Source: Phallusia mammillata
Lineage: Eukaryota
DNA length: 64,000 bases
NCBI GenBank assembly: GCA_965637545.1
Contig: OZ281498.1
Coordinates: forward strand, 22,444,001 to 22,508,000
Direction: 5' to 3'
In this document: in pieces, positions 36,101 through 49,800 of the stretch
How the letters are laid out: each line of letters starts with the position of its first letter
Numbering within the stretch: the first letter of the stretch is position 1
Notes under the pieces: model-generated
The model's database searches: none
Seen by the model: only the letters and a program-made list of their open reading frames with translations
Told to the model about the DNA's origin: nothing
Program-made: the position numbers and the translations under genes

Positions 36101-39100
36101 AAAGTCCATCGCTGTCTTAGGCAAAAACCAAAATAGACTTCGCAAGGCGCGATTGTTAAACGCAGTGGGGCGAATACGTACACAGGCCCAAATCGGGGCC
36201 TTTCCATCACGCTTACACAATTAAGTTGTCGAAAGACAAAAACATTACCAAAGCATGGAAAAGGAAAAAGTGAAGAAAGAGGGTAAAACTATCGATCATG
36301 GCCTGAGATGGGAAAAATATTTACCTGCCACGCAATGATTTGTTTGTGCACAACAATTACCCCCGACCAAAATGGCAAAGTTCACTCAGGTTGATGTACC
36401 CAGCTGCATCTCATGCATGTAGTCGCGTGCTGGATGACTGGAGATCGGTTGCACGGCCGCTGCTAGGTGATGTAATGGGATTAGAGGCCGTTAATTTCCG
36501 CTGCATAAGCAAGTCTTTTTCAAGAAGGTGTATGTGGGTAGGATATACCAAAACCAATGAATGTGCGTTTTCCAGTACTAAACAAGGAACAGTCTGTACT
36601 AACTAATCGCTAATTTCATATCAATACGGAGATGGGTTTATAACTTTTACATTTAAAACACATATTGCATCACAAAACCTATTGTCGCATCAACACAAAG
36701 CAAAACGCTAAAGCAGCCTATGGAGTATATTATAAAAATGCCACCAGAATATTAGTTTTACAAATATAAAAGAATGGAATGATAAAGCAATCACAATGAT
36801 GTTTTTTAGACAAGTTGTCTTCGAACATACCCAAAAATCAGGAAGCTTTAACCCGCACATAAAATATTAGGCCACGGTAGGCCATTAGGTGTCAGAAAAA
36901 AACTTGTTTTTGTCACGAATTTTTGTTTGCGTAGAATACCTTGTAAACTTAACATCTTCGGAAACAACGTGCAACCTCATAGACACGTATTCCGCAACAC
37001 TGGCGATTAAACCCTTACGAATCGTGAAATAATTTCAGGAAACTTGAGACGAGATGTAATTTTTGTGCTGTTGTTGTTATGGGAACCCATAAGCCACGAT
37101 CGGGGACGAAACGTCACTGCTCTCTACAAACGCCCAACGAGCAATCACGACGGGGCGAAATCCTGGTGGATCAACCCAAGATAAACAAGTGATCTTTCAT
37201 CCAAACCTGCCGAGAGACAGACTCCTATTCCAAGCATGAAAACGTGCTATAAGCAAGAGCATTGGTTCCAACTGGTTAATCTTGTTGATCGATGAGATGA
37301 AATTGGGGTTTGTACTCAGATGACGAAAATTTATTTTTGGGGTAGAGACAAAAGGAAAATGGAGGTGTGCTTAAGCTGGGCTGAACGTAAACACCCCAAT
37401 GCAAGGCTGGACAATTAGAAACGGTTAACTGCTGACGAACATTTTCGACCGGTATATAGTTTTTTGAATGTCAATTATTTCTTTAACGGCATTTTTAATG
37501 TTAAATCAACCCCAAACCCAAAGTTTTAAGTGTTAAAAATACAACATATTTTTCTTTGTAAAGAAAAGAACTAACATTTCACAAGGTGAAAGAAAAGTAC
37601 AAATAATTAATGGTTGTAAAACGTGACTTTAAAACGATTTTCGGCAATTTTCAGCCGGTCTTTTTGCTAAAGCGTTAAAATTTTCACAACAGTGTATAAC
37701 TGTTTGACCGTATAAAAAAGTTTCAAAAAAACATTTAAAAAATGTCTTAGACCCGCGGTAAAAAGTACTGCTTTGGTGTAAGCAGCTTACCCTCTTAATA
37801 TTAAGGAATGTTTTAGGGGTTAGGGGAGATTTGTGAGTGGGTTCGCCAAATGTCGATCTGTCTCCGGTTGTAGACAGGTTTACGACGAACGGTAATCGCT
37901 CCGGAAAACTAGGACAATATATGTGCTAACATGTTGTATGACGCAGGTTTTTAACTTACAGGCAACACCCTTTATAGATAATGTCATGAGTTATAGCAAT
38001 CGAAACAACATTAAACTTAAAAATAAAATCCTTATCAAAATACGAATAGGCACATTTACTAATGTTTTCACCAACATATTTACGTGACTGGACTAAAAAA
38101 GAACAATTACTCCAGCCCTAAATCTAAACGTGCAAAGGTGTTCCCCGCAAGTCAACCAGACACACTATTAACAAATCAGGTAAACACATACTTGGATCAG
38201 TTTAGTTTTCTAACCATTCCATTGCGGTAAAAAGGCGTAGAATGAAAAACTGGTATGCTTATGCAATGTGGATTTATCTCCTAATTAACGTAAAGTTGAA
38301 AATAAAAAGCGTGAGAGCGAGTTTTGTGTTTAATCAACAATTTCATAGGCGTGGTCAGCAGGGTTGGTCCTATGCACAAAACACACTTAGCAGTATCATA
38401 TTACGCCAAATAAGCCGTGTACAAAATACCACCAACCTTAATCGGTCGAAATCATTTCCTAATTACAAGTAGTACCAACACCGGGGCACACCCCAGAGTT
38501 CCCAGGTCATTTTCAGCAGCTGGGGAAACGGGGGCCAAAATGGGTGAACATGGCTTCTACGTAACGACAAATAGCGCCGACGCAGCAAGTCTGTCTTTTC
38601 AAAGGCTGAAAAAAGCTTCCAAGTATTGCTATGTTAAACAAGGACACACTATTGACGGATCTGTTTACCGAATTTCGGGGGGCAAGGTCGCACGAGAATC
38701 TAGGGGCACGTTTGCGCTATCAGTAACCACGAGCGATTAAGGGTCATTACGTGGGCTTGCGACCCCAACGGGGCTTAATATCGGTCCAATGACAGTGAAG
38801 GTCACACGTCGGTAAACTGCCTAAATAACGCCGTCTAAAGGTTGGGCCTGAAAAGTGGTGAGATACAAACAAGTTCGCACCCGTTTTAGCTTGCCATTAA
38901 AGTACAGCAAACAACAGGACTTTACAATTCAAACATCAGGAAACATTTGTTAAAAAATGAAAGATAGAAACCAGTTGATACTATACATCCGCTTGAGGTG
39001 GCTAAAGACACGAATTAAAAATGTTAAACCTTGACAAACCGATACATAGACACGAAAAAAATGATTGTAGTTTAAACTTCTAAGAGACCAGTAGGTAAAA

Positions 39101-40716
39101 CCTCGGAAAAAAACATAGAAAAAATGTAGAGAAAGGTCATTCGTTACCAGTACCAACGCCTTCAAGTCAGAGAAGTCCAAATTCATGACACCAGCAATGT
39201 GCTTACATTGTAACATCATTAGTACTCCGGTGATTATTGTCTTTAGTATTCCGATCCGTAATAAACCTTTTGGATCATTGATAACAAATTAGAAAGTGCG
39301 TCAAAGCTTTTCAAATCCACTAAAGACTGATAAAACGACAGTAAGAACAGTTTTCAAGCTAAAGGAGTGTGATTTATAAAAAAATAAAACAAAACAAATC
39401 GCTATAAGACCACCTTTCCGGTATGTTTTTAAATAGTCACACACGCCATGATTCAGTAGAAAAATACTACGCACACTAACAAATATAACCCACACGACGT
39501 AAACGTAGCGCACCCACAAACACTGTAGCGGGAAACGTCTCATTGGACATTTCTCAAGCGTGCGTAAATAAAAATCATAAGTTTGGAATCAAGTAAAGGG
39601 GGTCAATCGGCGTCAGCAACGTACACTAGGCCACGTTTTGGTCCAATTCTCAAACAGACCGGGGACCGCACCTTGGGACGCCATCCTATCGCGTTGGCAT
39701 TCAATTAAATCGAACCGTGAAAAACCTCAGCCCCTTTTGGTTGAAATCGTCATATTTCGGTAACGAATTGCGAAATAACAACATTCTATCGCGAGGACAG
39801 AACATTAGTGTCACTGTTTTGATTTCATGACACAACATCACGATTTCCGTTCAATTAACTACGATATCACGTTGCGTTACGTGGGCACCTCTGGTTAGTG
39901 AGAAAAATGCATGGAAACTTCCCGAAATGTTGGTGCACAAACATCGTTAAGAATTGTCATAATGACTTGCCATGCCATCTGGTTTTATCAGATGTACTTC
40001 TGCTAAACGTGCCTCGATTTCTGTAAACGAGCCTTGGCCAGAAAGGGAGAATCTATGGAAAATTTTCATAACTGCGTCGTCGGGCGTGTAAACATCGTTA
40101 GTGACGTCGCTATGAAAAGGTATACGCCGCATTTTTCGGAGAGAAATTCCTTGTGAAACATTTTTTACGAACCTCATGGGGGAAAAGCCAATGCATTGGA
40201 CGTTATACGACCGACAGCAAATAAAAAAGGTGTAATGACGTGTTAATTCGTTCTCCCGAAGGTTGCGTCATTTTGTTGTTTGTAGCTTTGTCCACGTTTT
40301 TATGAAAAAAGTGGACGAATAAACAAGAGACGGTTCGGTGATGATTATCTAGGGCTTGACGTGCATTGGCGGTCAGTTAAGGTTTTGGGTGAGTTGCGTC
40401 CATTGTTGCTTTACAGCTCCCATCAACCACTGTGACGTAACAAGAGTTGCCTATTACACAACTTTGGACAAAAATAGCATCTGATCGAGCTTGGCCGACT
40501 TCAAAGTTGGAAACATTGTACGTAAAACGGTTTTACTCAGCGCATGGTTAAACAGGCCATTTAGTTGCTCTTCAAACGTGATGGACAGAACGTAAACTGC
40601 ATGTTCAAAACTTTTGTTCCGATATAGGTCACTATAGTGGGAATTGTGCATAAACCTGTAATAACATATTCCCTAACAAAGTTCGCAACAGACAAACACT
40701 GCTGGGGTCCAAGTTT

Positions 40717-40854
40717 ATAGAGCGTCTACGCGCATTCAGTGTTATTTACCCCGATGAAGGCGACCTGTATAGGTCGTCGAAACGTCGGAATAAAAATACT
40801 TGCCAGAAGAGCTCTATAAACTTGATATTATGCCTGGCAGCAATAGCTCATATA
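40717..40854 (+). mobile_element. Family A Penelope-like mini-element with hammerhead core
   Basis: Nearly identical to 2731-2853. Core CCGAUGA (U4 to C), perfect stem II GGCGACC/GGUCGUC, GAAACGUC (site after 40786). TSD CTGGG(G/A)TCCAAGTTT at 40702-40716 and 40855-40869. Short 5' inverted piece CAAGTTTATAGAGC. Confidence 0.8.
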
Positions 40855-43800
40855 CTGGGATCCAAGTTTTAAGATTATAGGTTACGACAAGATACGTTGA
40901 TTTGTGCACCTCATAAAAAAACGTAATCAATTACCAAAATAATACAGAATACAAAAAAATTACACGTGTCTATAATCTTAATATCTATCATATTCTAGTC
41001 GCAGCAATTGGTCTGCAGGCAATAAAATATCTAGGTTTTCATACCGGACGGTGCAGTTAAGATAAGGAGAAAATTTTACGTGCGGTTTCATCAGATAAGT
41101 CATGGTCTGGTATGATTTCAACAAGGTGCGTAATAACGAGGGGAACAAGGAACACTAAAACCTCTGTTCCTGTTTCTTCTTGTGTGAAAACTGCGGAACC
41201 GCGTTTGTGACAAAAGAAACGGGATCCGTCAGAAACTACGAAAAACGTAAAGGCTAAAATTAAGTCATAACGCTAATTGACTATGAGCTCTAAGTCACGT
41301 AACATCGCGGGCAAGTAAGAAAAAAACAAGAAACTTGAAAACACAAAAGTCAATTAGTCTCAAGGTAAAGATCTAGATCAGCAGTTATGACTGGTGTCAC
41401 TGGTGTCACTTGTGTCACGTTCGCACAGTGTCAGTGGCATTACATGAGCTGTCCATTTGGCGTCAAGGCCACGGTCGATAGAAGAAATGACAAACGTTTT
41501 TTGTTGTCTAAGATCGACATCGCACCGTGCGCGGCAACACGACTAAATTGGACGAAAGGTTCTTCGAGACCGTAGTCTTTGCGGGAATGTTCGAGAAACA
41601 AGATTACAAAACTTCATTTTTTATATTTATCGCAATTTAAAAACTGATGTTTCAAATTGAACACACAAATGACAGAATCAACACTTCAAAAAGACTGTAC
41701 TTTCTAGGTTCAAAAACAAAACTGGACGATTGGTTATGTATAGCCTACATTTATCTCCAAAGTCAAATTTCAACAATGCATGACTTGCAAAATGTTTTAG
41801 GTACAACATTGGCAATGATTTCCACGAACCGATTTTATAAAAACTGTTAACGGACATTTAATTAGTTGCTATTAACATGACCTCTTGGGGCGTAATTTTA
41901 GGGATTATGTCTTTTTATAGCACACTCAAGTGTCAGAAATAGTGCAATTACGGGTCAAGAAACTGTTTTGGAACACTCTGATTAAATACCAGCTTGCTAT
42001 AAACCGATCTATCTACCATAATCCAAATATCAGTTTACCACAAGAGAGCAAAGCTAGACGCAAAAACAATATTTGCGCCAAGCGAAATGGTCTTTGAATT
42101 TATGTGACAGCGGATATGCTATCAAAATTTAAAAACGCAATTAGGTGGGGAAACAATGGTGCGATTATGGGCGGGGACCACCGGAGCGGTAAAGTCAAAT
42201 ACAAGTTTAGCAAACTTTAATTGAAGAATCGGTAAGGGCAATAAATTTACGTGGAAAATAGGCAGATTCGGTAATAGGCTATTGTCCTGTAATGGCGAAG
42301 ATAAGACTTGTAGATTACAAAGTGGCCCAAAAGATGAGAACCTATCATAACTTAACCAAAGTGGTAATCATATAATAATTATTACAGCTGGGATTATAAT
42401 AAAACAGAGCACGCCCGTAACCGGTGATAACGTTTAAATTTCCACAGTAAATTGAAAATTATAATACTCATTTTTCCATCTGTGAACGGGAAATGAAATG
42501 ACAAATTATATCAAGACTCTGACGTCATGACTCACTTGTTTCGGTATATGACGTCATCGGACAGGGAGCAATTAGAGGTTTGCTTTCGAAATGATCGGTG
42601 GCTTATGTAAATAGGTGTGTTTTAGGGGTAGGCGAGGTAAAAATATATACACGTATTATATTTTATCCAGTCACGATCTTGGTATTTTCGATAATGAAAG
42701 TAATAGATCAGCATAGTTATTACATCTTGTGTTGATTTGCTGATGTGACAAGGCACAGAAACGCCTATGTAAAAAATGGCGACATATGGAAATTTCAGTC
42801 CAATTGTCAATGGGTTTAATTTCGCTATAATTGTTGCTGGGTTTAAAGCAAAAATCACTTCGGAATCCGTTTAGCCCTGATTTTATAAACGAAGCTCACA
42901 AATAATAACCCAAACAGTTGTGAGTCAGCATATATTACAAGTTAACTGACAACAGTGGTTCAGGTTAGTAGACCGGTAAATCAATTTTTATTACGGTCCG
43001 ATCGTTTTGTAGAATCTGAAGATCAAAGCAATAAACATAATATTTGGATTTTATAATTTTAAAATCTAACCAACATAGATTTACTGTATCTACAATCATC
43101 ATACCTCCAATCAACGATTTTCGAATAAGATAACAAAAAATAGTTTTTGGTAGGCCTAAATAGTTCACACGAAACGGCAGTTGCAAAACATTGGCTTAGA
43201 CGTCAAGTCAGAATACAGCAAATATGTCGTAAAGGCTACCAAGCGATTCCAACAATGCGCTTTACCTTAATACGCCTTGATAATAAAGGCGGTTCCGATA
43301 AATTACATTCACCAGTATAGACGATAACACCAATTTGCGGCGCGAAAAAGATGGCACAAAATGAACGACTATAGTCAATAGTTACAGAGCACCGCCGGGA
43401 AACGGATAGTGACTCAGCGACAATTCATCTACAAGCAAAAGGTGTTAGGCGACATAAGGGCACCACAACACCACGCTACGAATGCCTGGGATTCCAAGGC
43501 GTCAATATTATTGGCGGTCAGACAGCGACTGGAGGTCGGGCCAACAGTCAGTGTTGATATATGCTCGCTGGGAAGCCCTCCTGTGTGGTAAGCCATAGCG
43601 GTGATACAATATGTAAGTATGGTTAGGCGAAGACCCAGGCCCCCGCTTATCCAATATGTTGACCCTACTTAGCGTTTAACAACACACAAAGTTACAGCAG
43701 TTCCAACAAAAATTTGAAATAAGAAAGTGTGTTTTTAACTCAGTCGCCAGATTTTACGACATTTCAAATTAACAGGCTAAAACTAACTGGAAATTGAAAA

Positions 43801-46800
43801 CATGAATCCAAACCACAATGAAACGTTACAAATTTGAACGTTTACAATATTTGTATTTTTCTGTTTGGTTTAACAAACCACTTTTTTGCCCCTTGAACTT
43901 TAGGTCCGTATGCAAACACTACAATTAGTCATAAGTTATGTAACAGTACATACACCCACACAACAAACTTGTTCGAAGGACACAGAGAAGTTTGTTTGCA
44001 ATGAAACCTTGCAAGTTTGCAAAACTGACATTTGGCTGGAGATTATAAGCCGCCCATGTCAAAGCGAAACACGAAATTTGCGCAGTCAGTCATCAGCAAA
44101 CAAGAGAGCAAAACCGCCAGACTGACATCGCTTATGATATATTGGATGTAACAAAAGATAGAGGGCAATGTTCTGTAGGTTTGACAGACGACTTGGTTCA
44201 TGCAAGAGCGGGTGCGTCAGTCGGGACCGCGAAGGCATTTGACATTATGTCTGGGGCCAACTGCAAGGCGGGAAAGGTTAAGATTTCCAATATTAAGTTA
44301 ATGTGAACACCACAGGGCCCACGTCGGGTAACTAAAGACCGACTCAAAGGTCGTGTTTAAATTGGGGTTGTGGCAACATGTATTTACGTGCCACAAAGGT
44401 ATCTGTAACCATAGGCTGTTCCGTAGGCACAAACGAGACACATAAAAAGAAATTTGGTGCTGTATTAAAGATTTAATCGTGTGGTTGTTGCGCGTTTAAT
44501 AGATAACTATCATCGGTGCCAACCGATTGTGAGCGCTTTTTAACTGTCTAATATTGACTAGTTATGTTCGACTTGATTATGGTTTTGGTGCAATTGCATC
44601 GTTTTGTTTATCTTCCGATAACCTAAATAAAATAAACTCAAAAATACAATGAAAAACATTTTTCATCGCACACATTGTTCAGGTTAAAAACAATTACAAA
44701 ACGTAATATTTAAATTGTAAAGTGACCGAACTAATTGTGCTTTCAAGTGCACCCGAAATTGAAAGACTTTGGTCGATATACCGTGTTTTTAATATACGGC
44801 AAAAATATTTCTATTTTAAGACTATAACGAATATATGAAACTAGCAACAACGTATAATGCGACCTTTTGGCGAAAACGGTAGCAAGAACCCTTATTAAAA
44901 CAAATGTTGTCGTCTACTTCTTCGCACCCTTAATAGACTTAAGGGTCGGCGGCATTTACTATAATCGAATCAGTTAATGTATGATAAAGCAAGATATATA
45001 CGACCGTCGTCATGGGAGCTGTAGACAATCTTGGATAGAGCAAAAGCTTGACGCACGTTATACCCATATGACGCATCTATTCGTTAAAAATCCCTAATAC
45101 AGTGATTTAAGGGTTTTGTATATTTTTCTGTAGTTATCTGGGTTACTTTACGCAAGCAGTTGCACATCTGATTAACCTTAGACATTAATCCATGTCAAAA
45201 ATTGCAATTAGGAATACAAGGAATTGGCTTAGTAAGGTTTAACTATCATAGTGGATGTAAAAGCAATTTTAATTTGTGTAAAGGATAAATATACTCTTCC
45301 CAAACTGTTACCACAAGCAGCTTATTCAAATAAAATGAATTAAAATAGATTGATAAAAATAAAAATGTGCTGAGGAGCTGGAAATTAATGATTTAAAGTG
45401 ATACTCAAAAGTTTGTGTAATTTAGGCTTCCAACTTTTAAAATACGTTAAACCGTTTCGTGTTGAACAGACGAAAAAACATCGAATGGGTGATTTATCTT
45501 ATGACGTCGTAAGAGTTTAAAACCGTTTGTGTCAGGTTACTAAGCCAAAGTTGCCTCGAAGGTTTGACAAACTCAAGTTCCAAACACTAAGAAGACTAAA
45601 AACAAATTTGGAAAACACATCGCGTGTTTGAAATCACAGAATCATCCCAAAAACACGAGGCAAAAGTTAAAAACGTGGACGAAAGCAGTTCGGTTTCGGC
45701 ACTAATTGCAGATCCTAGGACAGCGGGGCAAAGTACATAATCGGACCACAAGGAAGACTGTTAGTCCCCAACGTAAATCAGCACGTATATGAGGCACAAG
45801 CCCTGGTACTGGATGACTCGATTTTTAGGTGAGGCAGCCGCAGAAACCGCATATAAGTGGCGTACCTTGTCAATGCGACCTTAAGAACGTGCTAAGAAAA
45901 CTGCTTCGTTGCGATTTCGATAATTTGCAACCAAGCAACCACAGTTATGCGAGCTGCAATATCTGATTCAACCGTCAACAAGCACGGTGTAGATAAAATC
46001 ATAATCAAAAGGTTTTAGGGGTTCACTGGCATAAAATGTCAAGGATCAGGGCAGAATTGTTACATAAGGGTTATGTAATTTATGCGACCACACAAATTAC
46101 ATAAGAGGTGTTGTTGCATGGGGGCGTGATTCGGTAAACTTTACATTAGAATTTCTACTCCTAATCAAAAAAATGTGCGTAATGCAAGATGCAGACTTGT
46201 CAGAAAATGGTGAAACATATATACTTACATATTATTTACAACAATGATAAAATGAGCTTAACTTAAACATTCCACTTAAATTGAATGTTTTCTGAGAAAC
46301 GTTGTGTGTTTAAAGGAGTTTTCAGTCAAAAAATTAGGCCCAAACGTTTGGCCGGTTGCTCATTAGAAATAGGAGAATAGCCATTTTCCAAAAGAATTTA
46401 CTTTCACCGAAGTTTCATATCAACAAGCAATCGACAAACACAATTGACCGGCTCTTGAACGTAAGCATTTCTAGGCGCCAGAACGCCAACAGGATTTCAA
46501 CAGCTGGCAATTGTTGGTTCACAAACTGGGCTAAGGAAACGAAAAACCTCCCTTTTTAGGAAATTTGTAAAAACAAAACACTGGCTACCAAGCAAAGTTG
46601 CATCAAACATTACAACATGAAAAATGAAAAGGAATTCCCTTGTATGAACAATGTCACGTTTATTTTCTCAAACAAATAAAAAAAACGAACTGTTCCGCTT
46701 TGCAGCTTTGTAAGTTACGTCAGTGTATGAAAACATACGATTTTTCCAGGGATCGTCGAGTTATTGCGCCATAGTCTTTGCCCATCCCAAGTTAAACGGT

Positions 46801-49800
46801 TGTTTACGCAACATTGACGAAAATTTCACAAAAACAAAAATTCCTTTTCATAAAAAAGTGTTTCTGAGTCACATTTACGAAGCCGTTGCCTTGGAAACGC
46901 AAAAACAGAATCACCACAATCTCCTTATTCGCCCCTTAGATATCCGGACCAAGGGGGTAACCTTAGTCGAAACATCAACAAACTTATACGCGCCGGCGAT
47001 CAAAGAAGACGACTTGAGCCAGAAATTGAACTGACTCAGTGCAGGAGTCACATTGGCTTCCATTGTGCTGGACCTGCACCCGTCTGAGACCAATAGTTGA
47101 CGTAATGTCTTCTGCCAAAGCGAGTATGTGACACAGAAGACAAAACAACAGTCTGTGATTAGGAGCTTACATGGCAGCGGCGTTTGGCAGGCGTCGTTTC
47201 TTGAGAGTCCGTGACTACCTCCGCCAGGCATTCACCGAAGTGGAGATTTGTGTTAAGTGCGCATTACGCAGCGATTCAGCACCACTAAACGCCACTTGGC
47301 AACATCAATAGCTTTGCTCTTGATCAGAATGGGTTTTATTGTGTCTTAAATGGGCTTTGACTTGTTCAATTGCCGCAAAACCAATTTCGGGCTTTGTTGA
47401 GCAAAGAAACACGACAAAAATGTGCATCTAAAAATATCTTGACCCCGGTATTTACCAGATCAGGGTGCTGTGATTGCTAATACTTAACCGGGACACGAGC
47501 AAACAAGTAATGCTTCATAACACACTAGGCAATCGCTCGTAGACAAACAGCGCAAGCACACAGCACCTCCCAGCGAACTTGGCCAGGGGTTTGATTAAGT
47601 TTGCAGATCAATATTAGCTTGACGGCGCATTTTCGCTGCAATAATGCTGAGCAAATGATCGTTCGAAATACACGCCTTGCTTGCCGAGTTCGATGTCCTC
47701 GGGGGTAAAGCGATAATCCACTTTGCAGGGTCTTGAAATTAGGTTATTGTTCGATTTTTACCGAGCACAATATTATATTGGATCGTATGCCTATTATGAC
47801 TGTTTTCGCAGACATTAACATCTTCGACCTGAAACCTTGAATATAACCTTTTGACGTGAAAACTTGGATAAAACCTTGCAATTTTTGTATAATTTATAAG
47901 GCACGAAAACAGGTTTTGTGTTACTCATCCGGTATGACGGCCGAAACGTTTTGTTCAACAACAATCTATGGGGAAGCAATGTTTTTCACCTTTATTTCAT
48001 TACATTTTAATAATTTAGTTCTAACATCTACAATTAGAAATCCTCGCGAAATGATATTTGATAATTTGCACACCGCTTGCGTAAATGTAGCAAACCTAAT
48101 ACATGACACAGCAATTTTAACCGTAAGAGCATTTCCAAATTAGAAGATGACCTAGCAAAATCATCCAACTGTCGTCAACGTAAATGTCTTATTTGCATGA
48201 TCTTTTTTTATATTTCGCCTACGAGTGTCGAATGATTTGTGCCATCGCAATTATCGCTTGGCAAATGTCCTTGGGTTTGAGTGATTATGTGGTCGGATCG
48301 AGACTTGATTTGTGGATAGATCAGGCTTGATAGACGATAACCCTGAGGTCGGTTGACAGCTCTTGCTAAGGGTTGTGCACGCCGTGTGGTTATTGTCCGT
48401 ACATTGAGCCTGACATATCTCGCGTTGGGGCAACAATGTTGACTCGCGCTCGAACATGGCTGAAACACTTGTGCTAGCTTGTCACGCGACCCAATTAATT
48501 GAGCAACGTCACTGATTTTATCGAGATCTTTTGTGTAACTTTGACTATCGTAGGTCGAGCACGTTTTGTTTCTTGTCCAGATTTTGTTGTAGATAAACAC
48601 GCGAAACTGAGAAAAATAAAATGTAGTCAAAATGTAACCTTTTCGTCAGTTTGATAACGCCGGTTTAATCGTAGCGATTGATCTGATATCTGCTTACAAT
48701 GACGGAACATAAACGTTTGCACATCACACAAAGTTTCGGGGTACTTCAGTCTGAATTCCCCGACGAATTCACGTCAACACCGCATTCGCAGACCGTATAG
48801 TTGGACAAAAGCTCATTGTTTTTAAGAAACGGAGATAGTTTACCCGCCATATTCCCACCAAAGGCCACCACCTGTCGAAACAAGTGACGTAGGGACGATT
48901 GTTTGGTAAGAAATGACATTCTTTGCGCAAAATGGCGATAGTTCAACAGCCTTGGAATTTGTGGAGTCCTTGCCGAAATAGCGATCAAACAGCAACGCGA
49001 CGATGCTTGAGCAATGTTGAACGCGTTTTAAACGGGACTTAAGGGTGACGAAGGCCGCCTTGGATAAGTGAATCACTTGACAGTTGTTTGACTAAGGGTG
49101 GAAGGCGACGCGCTTATCCCCAATATAAACTACACGCGTAGTGGCGACGCTTGAGAAGTGTCGTTGCGATGAAACAGAAGGAGAAAAGGAGATCTCAAGT
49201 TTACCTTACGGTGACTTAGCGAAATACTCAAAACGAATAAGATGTCAATTAACGAGTTGCATGGAAGGAATTATTGAGCGCTTTCTCATCGGGAAAAACG
49301 ACATTCTCACAACTCGTCACGTGCTTGTGACATCACCGTTACATGACGACATAAAATCAATAATGCGGGCAATGATAAGGTTTTTTGGAAAATTTTATGC
49401 TAGAGGTATGCGAACCCAAGAACGATACAAGTATCTTCCACAAACAAATTTAAGTGACTCGTTAAAGGCAACTACCACAAACCAGAAGGTAACGCCTCCC
49501 TCAATAACTATGGGAAAACCCAAAAGTTGGTGGGAAGGACCGAAAAACGTGACGTCCACCATTTTCTTATTGCGCAACCACTGGACTTTTTTTAATTTTT
49601 TTTTAATAAAATCGTCGGTTTCTAGTTACTCGACAACCACTGGTTCCTAGGTTGAGTCACGTGTCATAATTACGTCATACCTCACCGGCAACAGCGCAAT
49701 ACATGATGACGCCAACATTGTGTCAAAAAACCTTCACGCCGACGCCAGTGCCGTGTGCTAATTGTACATAATTGCCGTTAATTGCCCTATTTCGATATTT

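Noticed and set aside
37105-37130. GACGAAACGTCA resembling the 3' half of a hammerhead
   Set aside because: No upstream CUGANGA and no stem II.
47225-47245. CGGTGAATGCC on the minus strand matches part of miR-124
   Set aside because: Seed region is absent and there is no convincing precursor hairpin.
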